Below, one piece after another: positions 28,755-38,583 of a stretch of DNA of 64,000 bases (positions are counted from its first letter, which is position 1; each line of letters starts with the position of its first letter). This DNA comes from an uncultured Pseudomonadales bacterium (GTDB lineage: Bacteria; Patescibacteriota; Microgenomatia; UBA1400; MFAQ01). Position numbers and translations under genes: made by a program. The notes below the pieces were generated by a model. That model made no database searches, had not been told where the DNA came from, and saw only the letters and a program-made list of their open reading frames with translations. The DNA is taken from assembly GCA_964513845.1 (NCBI GenBank), contig CAZENT010000002.1, positions 75,916 to 139,915 on the forward strand, read 5' to 3'.

Positions 28755-29174
28755 CTAATAGTTTATTCTTATCGTTTCCGTTCTCTCAAACCAAGAAAGC
28801 GCCAACAATCCTGAAACAAACACCGACAGTACTTCCCAAAAACTCCAGTTAAGCCCAAACGCTATATCAAAAACGATACTGCTTACCACACCCAAAAGCA
28901 CTATCGCCCAACCCATCTCTTTTCTAGTACTCATCAAAAAAGATAAGCCGCCGACAACCACCAAAATAAACAAGCTTGGCAATCCAATCGACAATCCTCG
29001 CAGAACCGAGATAAAAATACCCACCACAAAAGCCAGCCAATAAACACCGCTCCAGTTTAATAGTGTCAATAGAAATGGCCAAAAAAGACCCCAGCCCAAA
29101 ACTCCCTCACCCAAAAGCACCATGATCAAAAGAGTCAGAACTGTTTTTGTGGTATTCTTTGATTGCTTATCCAT
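28755..29174 (-). CDS. mreD: Rod shape-determining protein MreD
   Basis: 139-aa polytopic membrane protein from MDKQSKN, lying between mreC and mrdA. The upstream 27 codons of the track ORF overlap the mreC start and are probably not coding. Confidence 0.6.
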   Translation of the reverse strand: MDKQSKNTTKTVLTLLIMVLLGEGVLGWGLFWPFLLTLLNWSGVYWLAFVVGIFISVLRGLSIGLPSLFILVVVGGLSFLMSTRKEMGWAIVLLGVVSSIVFDIAFGLNWSFWEVLSVFVSGLLALSWFERTETIRINY

Positions 29175-29178
29175 TTTT

Positions 29179-29943
29179 ATGACGTCAACAAAGTTAAATC
29201 TTCTTCTACTGCCGTTACTGGTGTCAATATTACTGTCAACAGCGACCAAACTCAAGATAGGTAAGACTGTTGATAGTATCTTTTACACTATTTTAACCCC
29301 TATCCATCGACCCATCGGTTTCCTTCGTCAAACAACCGATACTCAGCTTTCTTTTATTAATAGTCTTCCTCGTCTAAAACAACAAAACAAAGATCTCATC
29401 TCCCAAAACGCTCGCCTCATGTCCGAAAATGAGCTCCTTAAACAAACCCTAACCGACGCCAAAACCGTTACCCTTTCCCAAAACTTTAAATCAGTTCTCC
29501 CTGTCCGTCTCACCGGGTCCATAGGCAACAACTCGGTATCTTCCTCTCTCTCAATAGACAAGGTCAAAAAAGGACAACCTCTGGTATTGGGAAAAATTCT
29601 TCTGGGAATCGTCGACGAAGTCAAAGGCTCAGTGATCAACATCACTCCCTTAGACAATGAACGTATCGAGGTATTTGCCGTACACACTTCTTCCGGCCAA
29701 AAAGGACAGTACAAATATCTTGGAAACACTCCTCAGATTACAGATATTCCCAGTCTCTCACCCATTGCTTTTAGTGACTATGTTTTTACCGAGCCAGGCG
29801 AGCTCATCCCCGCCAATCTCGTCGTAGGGAAAATCATCAAAATTATTTCTGCTCAACAAGAACCCCTCCAAAAAGCTCAAATAAAGCTGGAAACCACTCT
29901 TCGTGATGCCAACGAAGGCTTGGCCATCATTTTAGAACCGTAA
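29179..29943 (+). CDS. mreC: Rod shape-determining protein MreC (on the opposite strand to mreB/mreD)
   Basis: From MTSTKLNLLLL: N-terminal TM, a coiled coil (LKQQNKDLISQNARLMSENELLKQTL), and a beta-domain ending YVFTEPGELIPANLVVGKI (TSG...FP.GlpvG-like). Confidence 0.75.
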   Translation: MTSTKLNLLLLPLLVSILLSTATKLKIGKTVDSIFYTILTPIHRPIGFLRQTTDTQLSFINSLPRLKQQNKDLISQNARLMSENELLKQTLTDAKTVTLSQNFKSVLPVRLTGSIGNNSVSSSLSIDKVKKGQPLVLGKILLGIVDEVKGSVINITPLDNERIEVFAVHTSSGQKGQYKYLGNTPQITDIPSLSPIAFSDYVFTEPGELIPANLVVGKIIKIISAQQEPLQKAQIKLETTLRDANEGLAIILEP

Positions 29944-29964
29944 TTTATTTGTTATTATTAATAC

Positions 29965-30204
29965 ATGACACTTTCCCAAAAACTGGATGTGATGGAAAAG
30001 CACTTGGTTTCCGTTATAAAAGACGAGCTGACTGCAACCAAGGAGGATCTTCGACGAGACCTAAATAACGATATCTTAAATTTCAAAGACGAAATTATTG
30101 GTGAAATCAAAACATTAAGGCTAGAAACATCCGCAACTGCCAGTTACCGTCCAATGCTTACAGATCACGAAAAACGTATCTCTACTCTCGAAAAACATCT
30201 TTAG
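29965..30204 (+). CDS. Small coiled-coil protein, paralog of 8438..8794
   Basis: 79 aa. C-terminal ATASYRPMLTDHEKRISTLEKHL matches the other family member. Confidence 0.55.
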   Translation: MTLSQKLDVMEKHLVSVIKDELTATKEDLRRDLNNDILNFKDEIIGEIKTLRLETSATASYRPMLTDHEKRISTLEKHL

Positions 30205-30262
30205 AGAGATTGAGCCAAAAAAATTCCCCCTCCAAATGAGGAGAGGGAATTTACCCAACAAT
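30205..30262. terminator. Bidirectional terminator-like hairpin between convergent genes
   Basis: ttccccctcc-aaat-gaggagagggaa hairpin (1 mismatch) with flanking A/T runs. Confidence 0.45.
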
Positions 30263-30601
30263 TTATTTAAACCGAACAGTAGCCCCCTTAAAGGGCCAAC
30301 TATCACAAACGATTGCGTTGGTGACAATTACCCCTTCGGCGCTTTTGTATGGAAGTACTTTGTAAACGGCGACATCACCGTTTTCGCAACCCTTCCAGTG
30401 AACAAAAAATACCTGTTTAGGACCAAGCTCAACGTAAGGCTCAAGCTGAGCTTTAGCGGCCTGTTCAGCTCGTTCACTTTTAACCAGGCTGCCACGGATA
30501 GGCCCGTTGAAAAATAAAATCACAATAAACAGAACTAATGCTATTGTGATAGCTGTTTCAAGGCAGCTCTCGCCCTTTTCCGAACGATAACTTTTTCGCA
30601 T
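30263..30601 (-). CDS. Hypothetical membrane-anchored protein (~112 aa from MRKSYRSEKG)
   Basis: One TM helix (ITIALVLFIVILFF). Between mreB and the inverted mreC block. Confidence 0.45.
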   Translation of the reverse strand: MRKSYRSEKGESCLETAITIALVLFIVILFFNGPIRGSLVKSERAEQAAKAQLEPYVELGPKQVFFVHWKGCENGDVAVYKVLPYKSAEGVIVTNAIVCDSWPFKGATVRFK

Positions 30602-30677
30602 TTTTCCTCCAGAGACAGAATTTGAAATTACATCTTGTATATTACTGTAACTATAGGATAAAGTCAATATTTTGTGC

Positions 30678-31745
30678 CTACCTCAATCCGCCAACCACTC
30701 TTACTTTTTCCAATAGTCTGTCATTTTCCAACACTCTAGCACAGCCACGCACCACGGCTTCCAACGGTGTTTCTGTTACCCAAACCGGCATTCCGGTTTG
30801 TTCGGCAATTAGCTTATCAATTCCGCGAATGAGCGAACCACCCCCAGCCATCACCATTCCTTTTTCCAAAATATCAGCTACCAGATCAGGAGGAGTTTCC
30901 TCAATGATTAAGGTAATTTCCGAAAGAATATGATTTACCACGGGCATCATCGCCTCACGAATCTCCACACTATTTAACTTCATCGATTTAGGCAATCCAT
31001 TTTCCAAACTTCTACCCCGAACGACTACCTCCAGGGGTTTGCCCTCTTTTTCACACTTCAGAGGAAATGCTGATCCCACTTTTATCTTGACTTCTTCTGC
31101 TGTCGACTCACCCAGTAACAGGTTGTATTTAAGTCTCACAAAATTCGAAATCGCTTCAGTTAGCTCGTCTCCGGCCACACGCAATGAACGATTCAAAACC
31201 AATCCCCCCAAAGAGATCACGCCAATCTCCGATGTTCCGCCTCCAATGTCGCACACCATCTGACCCTCAGCTTTCTCTATCGGCAGACCAGATCCAATCG
31301 CGGCCGCCATGGGCTCCTCCACCAAGAATGCCGCTCGTGCACCGGCCGACAAAGCCGCTTCCTGCACTGCCCTTCTCTCTACCTCAGTCACCCCGGAAGG
31401 AATTCCAATCGCTACCCTAGGTCTAGCAATTTTAAAACCCAGTCCTTTATAAAACTCGTGAACTTCTACGATATAGTGTTTCAGCATTGCTTCAGCCGCG
31501 TCAAAGTCAGCTATCACTCCATCATGCAAGGGTCGAATCACCTCAATACTGGCAGGATTTTTTCCTAACATTTTTTTGGCTTCTTCTCCAATGGCCAAAA
31601 TCTCTTTTGTCTTCATGTGTCGTGCAACTACAGACGGCTGACGAATCACCACGCCCTTGCCTCGGACATGAACCACGGTATTTGCTGTACCCAAATCGAT
31701 ACCCACGTCCAGGGTCGTTAGTCTCCAAAATTTTTCAAATATCAT
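30678..31745 (-). CDS. mreB: Rod shape-determining protein MreB (actin homolog)
   Basis: GIDLGTANTVV phosphate-1 motif, DIGGGTSE phosphate-2 motif, adenosine motif. 355 aa. Confidence 0.95.
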   Translation of the reverse strand: MIFEKFWRLTTLDVGIDLGTANTVVHVRGKGVVIRQPSVVARHMKTKEILAIGEEAKKMLGKNPASIEVIRPLHDGVIADFDAAEAMLKHYIVEVHEFYKGLGFKIARPRVAIGIPSGVTEVERRAVQEAALSAGARAAFLVEEPMAAAIGSGLPIEKAEGQMVCDIGGGTSEIGVISLGGLVLNRSLRVAGDELTEAISNFVRLKYNLLLGESTAEEVKIKVGSAFPLKCEKEGKPLEVVVRGRSLENGLPKSMKLNSVEIREAMMPVVNHILSEITLIIEETPPDLVADILEKGMVMAGGGSLIRGIDKLIAEQTGMPVWVTETPLEAVVRGCARVLENDRLLEKVRVVGGLR

Positions 31746-31934
31746 GCTTTAAAGTGGTCAGAATACTAACTAACGATAATTAAATGTATCATCTTTAGTA
31801 AGCCGTATTATGAGTGAAACTCGCCCCTAGCGCAAGCCTGTTCTCTTGACAAATTAGCCTCAGTGTGATACTATAGGCCCAGTTGTACCTTAAAATCCAC
31901 CTCGAAAGAGGATATTTCAAAAAAGGAGATAAGG

Positions 31935-32936
31935 ATGAAGGCGATTCTTTTCGTTTTTGTAATTGTAAGTATTCTGTTATCCTCCTGTAGTGGAGGATAT
32001 TCTCAAACTTCGACATTGATAGAATGGCCGGTGGTTTGCGAAATTTCTACTGGAGAATGCTTTTCGGTGGTAACAGCAGAAAAACCTGCGCCATCTGAGA
32101 GAGTGTTCCCTCAATATGTGAAGGAGTTAATTCCTCTTCCAGAACCTAGTCCGGAGGAAACAGCCGCCGTTCTGGCGGAATTTGGTATTGACCCAAGCGA
32201 ACAGATCATGTTCGCAATGTTGCCTTCAAGCTGGATAAATGAAGACGACGGGTCGCTAGTGATGGCCAGTGCGGTTTTGACCAATCCCGACCCTAATATG
32301 TGCAAAGCTCTAATTGGTCACTTGATTTATCGAGTGACCCAAGATGGAGCGACCTGGGCGCAAGTAACATCGATGTTGACCGCTTTTGGTAACGGGGAAA
32401 TTGTCCCCAATGTTATAAAAAGCGGAAAAAATGGCGCCAAAGCCATCCAATTCGTGTGGGAAGGTGTAAAGTGGCTGTTCCTTTTTGGAAACAGCTCGAC
32501 ACCTCCCACGATTATTGGTCCAGTAATTGGAAATACGCTAGGGCGGCTGGCTGGAAACCTGAACAACTTAGTCGTTGGGCAGGGCCAGGCCGTCAGTGTG
32601 ATGGCTGAAGCGGTCGCGATCGTAAAGTGTGTTCGCGATAACTGGCCAAAAAATAGTGGGGATTCTGAGCAGGTACGCCGGAAGCACAACGAAACCTACT
32701 TCCAAAAACACCTTGACTCAATCCCTGCGGACTTTCCAATTCCCTTTCCTAAAAGTAATGGAGAGGAAATCATGATTCAGGTACACCCGGGAGATTTTTC
32801 CAATCTCACTCGAGCAAGCCTGAACACCTTGATTGTTTTGGGTATTGTCGTCCTAGCTGTCGACACGATACCCGGAGATGAGGTAGCGGCTAGCGCCGCA
32901 TACTTAAAATGGTCGCTTCAACTTGCGACCCCATAA
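31935..32936 (+). CDS. Hypothetical lipoprotein (333 aa) with locally elevated GC
   Basis: Signal peptide plus lipobox LSSCSGG. No domain recognised. GC is visibly higher (about 50%) than in neighbouring genes. Confidence 0.5.
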   Translation: MKAILFVFVIVSILLSSCSGGYSQTSTLIEWPVVCEISTGECFSVVTAEKPAPSERVFPQYVKELIPLPEPSPEETAAVLAEFGIDPSEQIMFAMLPSSWINEDDGSLVMASAVLTNPDPNMCKALIGHLIYRVTQDGATWAQVTSMLTAFGNGEIVPNVIKSGKNGAKAIQFVWEGVKWLFLFGNSSTPPTIIGPVIGNTLGRLAGNLNNLVVGQGQAVSVMAEAVAIVKCVRDNWPKNSGDSEQVRRKHNETYFQKHLDSIPADFPIPFPKSNGEEIMIQVHPGDFSNLTRASLNTLIVLGIVVLAVDTIPGDEVAASAAYLKWSLQLATP

Positions 32937-32942
32937 CAAGCA

Positions 32943-32975
32943 AACAGGTTGCGCATAGCGCAACCTGTTTTTTTA
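32943..32975. terminator. Bidirectional intrinsic terminator
   Basis: aacaggttgcgc-ata-gcgcaacctgtt hairpin followed by ttttttt. Confidence 0.8.
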
Positions 32976-32989
32976 TGTCTTTTTTTATT

Positions 32990-33922
32990 TTACTGATTAA
33001 TTTGTGAAATTAAATTTCGAGCAAATACATACTCGTCATTATTATTTATTTCACTTAGTAGATTTCCACCCTCATAATTAATTTTTGTCAACGGTTCAGC
33101 AATCGCTTTCCAATAAGCTTGAGGATAGAATGTCTTTTCTGCCACCAAATCTAGCATACGACAAACATTACTTAATGCATCTGAAGTGTGAGATTCTTTT
33201 TCCAAAACGATTAGCATTTTTTTCATCGCCACCCTAGCCAGCCACCAATTATCCGCAGGCTTAACTGCTTCATTTTTTAAACTTACCTGTAGTGCTGTAA
33301 AAATAGAATCAATACTCTCGGTTGCACCAGGAAGTGTTTCTGGGTAAATTTTCTCCATTGTCTCATCAAGTCTGGCGAAGTCGCTTTTGTCAACAGCATC
33401 ATTCCATAAACCATAAATTATCCTTCCTAATTTTATTGATTCTTCACCTCCAGTTCCCACAGTCTCTTTGTGCTCGATCAAATATTTTATTGATTCTTCC
33501 CTATCATTGTTGGACTTAAACTTTTTTTCAAAAAACTCCGCCACATCATTTTCAGGGACACGAAAAAATATTCTTTTATTTTTGTTTTCAATCACTCCAA
33601 CCCTCGTATTGTTTTCAATAGAAATATTTAATTCTTTTTGTTGATCAGCCGTCATAATCGTAGCCGCCATTCCCGAATCTATTTCGTTCCAAGAACCATC
33701 ATCATTTACCGGAAGTTCAAGTAGATTAATTGCTCCTTCTGACTCCAAAACATCCCCAACAGCTCCCAAGTCCAAGCTCAAATTTCCTATTTTTTTTGAT
33801 ATTTTTTCTCCATCTACCACCAAGGCCTCGACTTGAAAGTCTTCTCGCAGGTCTTCAACCAATATTATGCTTCTGTCATAGTTGTCGGGAAATACGAATT
33901 CTCTATTGTCTGTCATAAACAA
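32990..33922 (-). CDS. Hypothetical protein (310 aa)
   Basis: ORF track. No recognisable domain. Confidence 0.45.
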   Translation of the reverse strand: MFMTDNREFVFPDNYDRSIILVEDLREDFQVEALVVDGEKISKKIGNLSLDLGAVGDVLESEGAINLLELPVNDDGSWNEIDSGMAATIMTADQQKELNISIENNTRVGVIENKNKRIFFRVPENDVAEFFEKKFKSNNDREESIKYLIEHKETVGTGGEESIKLGRIIYGLWNDAVDKSDFARLDETMEKIYPETLPGATESIDSIFTALQVSLKNEAVKPADNWWLARVAMKKMLIVLEKESHTSDALSNVCRMLDLVAEKTFYPQAYWKAIAEPLTKINYEGGNLLSEINNNDEYVFARNLISQINQ

Positions 33923-33959
33923 ATCATATCATTCTCCTCCATTCTGTTAAACTAAACCC

Positions 33960-35927
33960 ATGTCTTCCTCGGCACAAAACATGACCAAACTCATCCGTCA
34001 GCTTTTTTACTCCCTTTTCTTCATCACCCCCCTTCTTCTCTGGCCACTTACTTCTGAAGTATTCGAGTTCAACAAAATGATGTTTGTTTACCTAATGACC
34101 ATTCTCATTGCCTCTTCCTGGGCTATCAAATCTTTCCTCAATAAAAAATTCGAGATTGCCAAAACACCCCTTGATCTTCCGATAATCCTTTTTTTGGCCT
34201 CGCAGATCATTTCCACTATTATTTCCATCAACCCTCACACAAGTCTTTGGGGTTATTACTCCCGTTTTCATGGTGGCTTGATGTCCACCATTTCCTATAT
34301 CACTCTTTACTATGCCCTTGTCACTCATTTTCAGTGTGAAACTAAAGCCATCAAGAATCTCATCACCTCTATTCTCTCTTCCGCCACCCTCATATCTATC
34401 TATGCAGTTCTCGAGCATTTTGGCATCGACAAGCATGTCTGGGTTCAGGATGTCCAGAGTCGCGTTTTTTCCACCCTGGGTCAGCCAAACTGGCTCTCCG
34501 CTTTTCTCGTCGCCCTTCTTCCTCTATCCCTTTTCCAAATAACTTCTTCAGAAAAATCAAATCATCGGCTGTTATACTCAGGTCTTTCCCTGTTATTTCT
34601 CATCGCCATACTATTTACCAAATCCCAGTCCGGTATCGCTGCTACGGGTGTAGTTTTAGTTCTTTTCCTGACAATCACCGCCATCCAAAAAAAGAAATCT
34701 ATATTTCTCTTGGCTTTCATTCCCCTCGCCATTCTTGTGTTTGTTTTCAAAGGAAACTATGTTCACCAAACCCTCTCTTCACTCAACAAAATCAATCCTT
34801 TTTACTCAGATACTATCTCCATTATTAATGAAGAAAACAAAACCAGAATTGGTGGCAGTGACTCCATGTCTATCCGTCGTGTAGTTTGGGAAGGCGCTAT
34901 AAAGCTTGGCCTTTCTCATCCCCTTTTCGGTACCGGCGTAGAAACTTTTGGTTACTCATATTACTGGGTACGTCCACCAGCTCACAATCTAACTTCCGAG
35001 TCCGATTTTCTCTACAACAAAGCCCACAATGAGTATTTAAACTTTCTGGCAACAACTGGTTTTGTCGGACTTGCCACCTATCTATTTCTCATCGGCTCCA
35101 TTCTTTTTGTCATTGCGCATCAGTCCGCCCATGGCGGAAGCGAAACGAAGCAATCCCCGACTTATGATTTAAAACTTCCATTACTTCTCGGCTTTATCTC
35201 CATTCTCATCACCAACTACATTGGTTTTTCTGTCGTCAATGTCGCTCTTTTCTTCTTTCTCTATCCCGCCATCTATATTTCTCTTACAGACAAAACCTCT
35301 CCATATAGTCGTAAGCTAGGTCTCGACAGCACCATCGGCATTATCGGCATTTCCATAGTTGCCATCTGGTCCATCATTGGCCTTTCAAGATCATGGCGCG
35401 CTGATATCGCATACAACAAGGGAAAAGCCAATCTTGAAGAAGCCGAAAGAGCCATCAAACTAAATCCCAAAGAGCCCATTTATTATGCCCAATTAGGCAA
35501 TGTAAACTCACTCATTGTTACCCAGATAATCGTTCCTCAAACAGCTCAGCTTCCTGCAACAGCATCTGCCGAAATCAAAGCGCAGGCAAAAACATATTTG
35601 GATAAATTCACCAATTTTGCCATTGATAATATCAACAAGGCTTACTCACTAAATCCGTACAATTTGAACATTCTCAAAACCAAAGCCAAAACAGAGCTTG
35701 CTTTAGCCACAGTAGACGCCAAATACTATCAAGACGCACTCAAGACTCTATTAAAGATCATTGAGCTTTCCCCTACGGAGCCCAATAACTACTCCAATGT
35801 TGGCATCCTCTATCAAAACATGGGGAAACCCGACCTAGCCAAATTTGCTTTCGAAAAAGCGCTGGAGCTAAACCCCAACTCCGAATCCGCCAAGGCACAG
35901 CTAAATCAGCTCAAGGCAATAAAATAG
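33960..35927 (+). CDS. O-antigen ligase (Wzy_C/WaaL)-family membrane protein with C-terminal TPR repeats
   Basis: More than 10 TM helices. NKAHNEYLNFLATTGFVGLATYL Wzy_C signature. C-terminal TPR-like repeats (YAQLGNVN..., YSNVGILYQNMGKPDLAKFAFEKALELNP). Confidence 0.7.
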   Translation: MSSSAQNMTKLIRQLFYSLFFITPLLLWPLTSEVFEFNKMMFVYLMTILIASSWAIKSFLNKKFEIAKTPLDLPIILFLASQIISTIISINPHTSLWGYYSRFHGGLMSTISYITLYYALVTHFQCETKAIKNLITSILSSATLISIYAVLEHFGIDKHVWVQDVQSRVFSTLGQPNWLSAFLVALLPLSLFQITSSEKSNHRLLYSGLSLLFLIAILFTKSQSGIAATGVVLVLFLTITAIQKKKSIFLLAFIPLAILVFVFKGNYVHQTLSSLNKINPFYSDTISIINEENKTRIGGSDSMSIRRVVWEGAIKLGLSHPLFGTGVETFGYSYYWVRPPAHNLTSESDFLYNKAHNEYLNFLATTGFVGLATYLFLIGSILFVIAHQSAHGGSETKQSPTYDLKLPLLLGFISILITNYIGFSVVNVALFFFLYPAIYISLTDKTSPYSRKLGLDSTIGIIGISIVAIWSIIGLSRSWRADIAYNKGKANLEEAERAIKLNPKEPIYYAQLGNVNSLIVTQIIVPQTAQLPATASAEIKAQAKTYLDKFTNFAIDNINKAYSLNPYNLNILKTKAKTELALATVDAKYYQDALKTLLKIIELSPTEPNNYSNVGILYQNMGKPDLAKFAFEKALELNPNSESAKAQLNQLKAIK

Positions 35928-35953
35928 CCCCCGTTTGTGGCGGGGGCCTAGCT

Positions 35954-36301
35954 TCACAATTTTTCTATTTTCTCGAGGGCTTCTTTGTTAGGGATACCGA
36001 TATAAATTTTGTCGCCCCTCGGATTTATCCTTCGCCGAAGAGGAAAATATATCTCGTTTTTACGCAGAATAGTTTTCTGTTCTTCAGTAATTAGCAAAAC
36101 CGGTATTGCAAACGTAAAACGTGGATACAATGTCGAGTAAATCGTCACCTTTCCCAAGGCAGGAACAAACACTTCTGCTTTGGCGGTAAACAATCTTTGT
36201 CCATCCTCTGCAATCTGAGCGCCGTAATCTTTTACAAATACAGCACTGGCAAACAACTCGAACATGTCGGCGAGACCTAAAGTCTCTTTTTCATCCATCA
36301 T
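35954..36301 (-). CDS. Hypothetical protein (115 aa)
   Basis: ORF track. Confidence 0.4.
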   Translation of the reverse strand: MMDEKETLGLADMFELFASAVFVKDYGAQIAEDGQRLFTAKAEVFVPALGKVTIYSTLYPRFTFAIPVLLITEEQKTILRKNEIYFPLRRRINPRGDKIYIGIPNKEALEKIEKL

Positions 36302-36325
36302 AATTCTGTATCTCCTTGTTGTTTT

Positions 36326-36811
36326 TTACTTGTCGTAGACTGTCAACAAATTGACCATTACCAGAGCTTTATAAATCGCAACTCCACCTCCGACTCCTAC
36401 AATGATTGTCAAATCTGATATCAACAACGGAAAGCTTGTCGTGATAACCACTCCCACACAGAAGAAGTAGAAGAAAATCAAAGCGGCACAAAAAACAGAC
36501 CAGGCGCTCATCGATAGCCGGCTATTGGCAGTGTTGTGCGGTATGATGCGTGCGATCCATCCAAGTGGCAATGCTTCGCTCAGCACAAAAAACAGGATCA
36601 AGATCCAGATCGGAAATGCAATTGCCTGAGCCAGGAAAAGAGAGGAATAAACCAACGCCGATAGGGTCACCAGCCAGGAAAACCACAAGAGTATTTTCTG
36701 CATTTTGCCTCCTCCTCGAAAGAATATAGTTTCAATGTTCTCGGCAATTCTAACACTGCACACATTACAGGTCAAACACTTCTTTCGGTTCGGAATCTCG
36801 ATATCGGGCAT
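36326..36811 (-). CDS. Hypothetical membrane protein with 4 TM helices; N-terminal CxxC..C segment may or may not be translated
   Basis: ORF track. Alternative start MQKILLWF at 36703. Confidence 0.45.
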   Translation of the reverse strand: MPDIEIPNRKKCLTCNVCSVRIAENIETIFFRGGGKMQKILLWFSWLVTLSALVYSSLFLAQAIAFPIWILILFFVLSEALPLGWIARIIPHNTANSRLSMSAWSVFCAALIFFYFFCVGVVITTSFPLLISDLTIIVGVGGGVAIYKALVMVNLLTVYDK

Positions 36812-36871
36812 ACCATACTCGAAGTGCGGTAAAATATGTCATCCCCAACTCGATTTGGGAACCATACAATT

Positions 36872-37405
36872 ATGAAAATTTTGACTACACCAGATCCATT
36901 TTTAAAACAAAAAGCTCTTCCTATCGAAAAGCTTGATAAAAAGATCAAAGAGCAGATTGTCGATATGATAAAAACCCTAAAATCCGCCAAGGATCCAGAG
37001 GGTGTTGGTTTGGCGGCCACTCAAGTAGGCCTAAATCGTCGTCTATTTATCATATCTTTCAATGGTGTCCCTGAAATTTTTATCAACCCCGAGCTTAAGA
37101 ACTTCTCCAAAGCTACTCTTTTTGATGTCCATCCAAAGTCCAAAGACCGTTGGCTCGAAGGCTGTCTTTCGGTTCCTCGACTCTGGGGCTTGGTCAATCG
37201 CCCATACTCAGTCGAGGTCGATTACCTCACTCCGGTTGGTGACAAGCTTGAAAAACGTCACCGCAAATTCGAAGACGCCGACGCCTCATATGTTCAGCAC
37301 GAAAACGATCACTTGGATGGTATTCTGTTTACCGATCGCATTTTGGAGCAAGGTGGCGAAATTCTTATGGAAACCCCTTCAGGACTTACCCCCATCGAAA
37401 TGTAA
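36872..37405 (+). CDS. def: Peptide deformylase
   Basis: GVGLAATQVG motif 1, EGCLSVP motif 2, QHENDHLDG motif 3 (HExxH). Confidence 0.92.
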   Translation: MKILTTPDPFLKQKALPIEKLDKKIKEQIVDMIKTLKSAKDPEGVGLAATQVGLNRRLFIISFNGVPEIFINPELKNFSKATLFDVHPKSKDRWLEGCLSVPRLWGLVNRPYSVEVDYLTPVGDKLEKRHRKFEDADASYVQHENDHLDGILFTDRILEQGGEILMETPSGLTPIEM

Positions 37406-37430
37406 GTTTAGAAATACAATTATGATATGG

Positions 37431-37458
37431 AAAAGCCTCGATTCCTCGAGGCTTTTTG
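37431..37458 (+). terminator. Intrinsic terminator between def and fmt
   Basis: gcctcgattcctcgaggc hairpin followed by tttttg. Confidence 0.65.
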
Positions 37459-37473
37459 TGAAAAATTAGATCA

Positions 37474-37551
37474 AAATTACAGCAAAACTACAAAAATTGC
37501 CACCACGATAACCACAATCAATAACCCTACAATCACCTTTTCAATAGTTTT
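37474..37551 (-). CDS. Possible 25-aa hydrophobic micro-protein (VKTIEKVIVGLLIVVIVVAIFVVLL), GTG start
   Basis: Minus-strand RBS AAAGGAGA sits 4 nt before GTG. Single TM-like peptide. Not in the ORF track (below the 60-aa cutoff). Confidence 0.25.
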
Positions 37552-37686
37552 CACCGATTCTCCTTTTCAACGGACGAGATAATTTCGAGGCCAATTTTAC
37601 ACCGCCTAACTATAGTTGTCAACTATAGGACATCATACTGAGAAAATGTTAAAATATCATTTATACCGACCAGGTCGAAAAATCAT

Positions 37687-38583
37687 ATGATCAAACCCAA
37701 TCTCATCTACTTCGGCTCTCCGGAGTTCTCTGCTACCATTCTTGAATCCGTCATCAAAAGTGACCAGGTTAATGTGGTTGGCGTGGTCACCACCCCAGAC
37801 AAACCCACCGGCCGCAGCCTTACCCTTACCCCATCTCCCGTAGCCCTCTTGGCAGAAACATTCGATTTACCCACATACAAACCAAGCAAGTTAGACGAGG
37901 CAAACCTGGCTCACCTGAAGCTTTTAAAACCCGATATTTTTCTTGTCGTTTCCTTAGGCAAAATAGTTCCCCAAAGTTACTTAGATACACCCAAGATCGG
38001 TACTTTTAATCTTCATTTCTCCCTGCTTCCCAAATATCGTGGCGCGCTTTGTATCAGCGAAGCTATCAAAAATCAAGACAAAACAACCGGAGTCACTTTA
38101 ATGGAAATGGACGAACTACTAGATCATGGCCCAATCATTTCTCAAACAGAAATCCCTATTGATATCAATGACAATACGGCCACATTGACCACAAAACTTA
38201 CTCAAGCAGCCATTACATTATTGGCTGATAAATTACCCGAAATCTGTGCGGGAAGTTACCCAAAAACGGCCCAAGACGAAACCAAGGCAGTTTTCACACC
38301 AAGCCATCGAACCCTAACTCGCCAGACCGCCTTTATTCCTTTCGAAAAAATCTTAATTGCACAAAACGGAACCGACTCCCCTTCCATACACGCCCTAATT
38401 CGGTCACTGAACCCCGACCCTGGTGCATGGACCGAAATACCATTAGCGTCAGACCAAGAAGCTATACAGATAAAACTCATTGATACTTCTCTTATAGAAA
38501 ACAAGCTTGTCCTAAACACGGTCCAACTTTCCGGCAAATCCCCCATCTCCTGGAAACAGTTTCTCCAAGGCCACCCGGTCTAA
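37687..38583 (+). CDS. fmt: Methionyl-tRNA formyltransferase
   Basis: N-terminal formyltransferase domain with HFSLLPKYRG (HxSLLPxxRG) motif, plus a C-terminal domain. Downstream of def. Confidence 0.9.
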   Translation: MIKPNLIYFGSPEFSATILESVIKSDQVNVVGVVTTPDKPTGRSLTLTPSPVALLAETFDLPTYKPSKLDEANLAHLKLLKPDIFLVVSLGKIVPQSYLDTPKIGTFNLHFSLLPKYRGALCISEAIKNQDKTTGVTLMEMDELLDHGPIISQTEIPIDINDNTATLTTKLTQAAITLLADKLPEICAGSYPKTAQDETKAVFTPSHRTLTRQTAFIPFEKILIAQNGTDSPSIHALIRSLNPDPGAWTEIPLASDQEAIQIKLIDTSLIENKLVLNTVQLSGKSPISWKQFLQGHPV

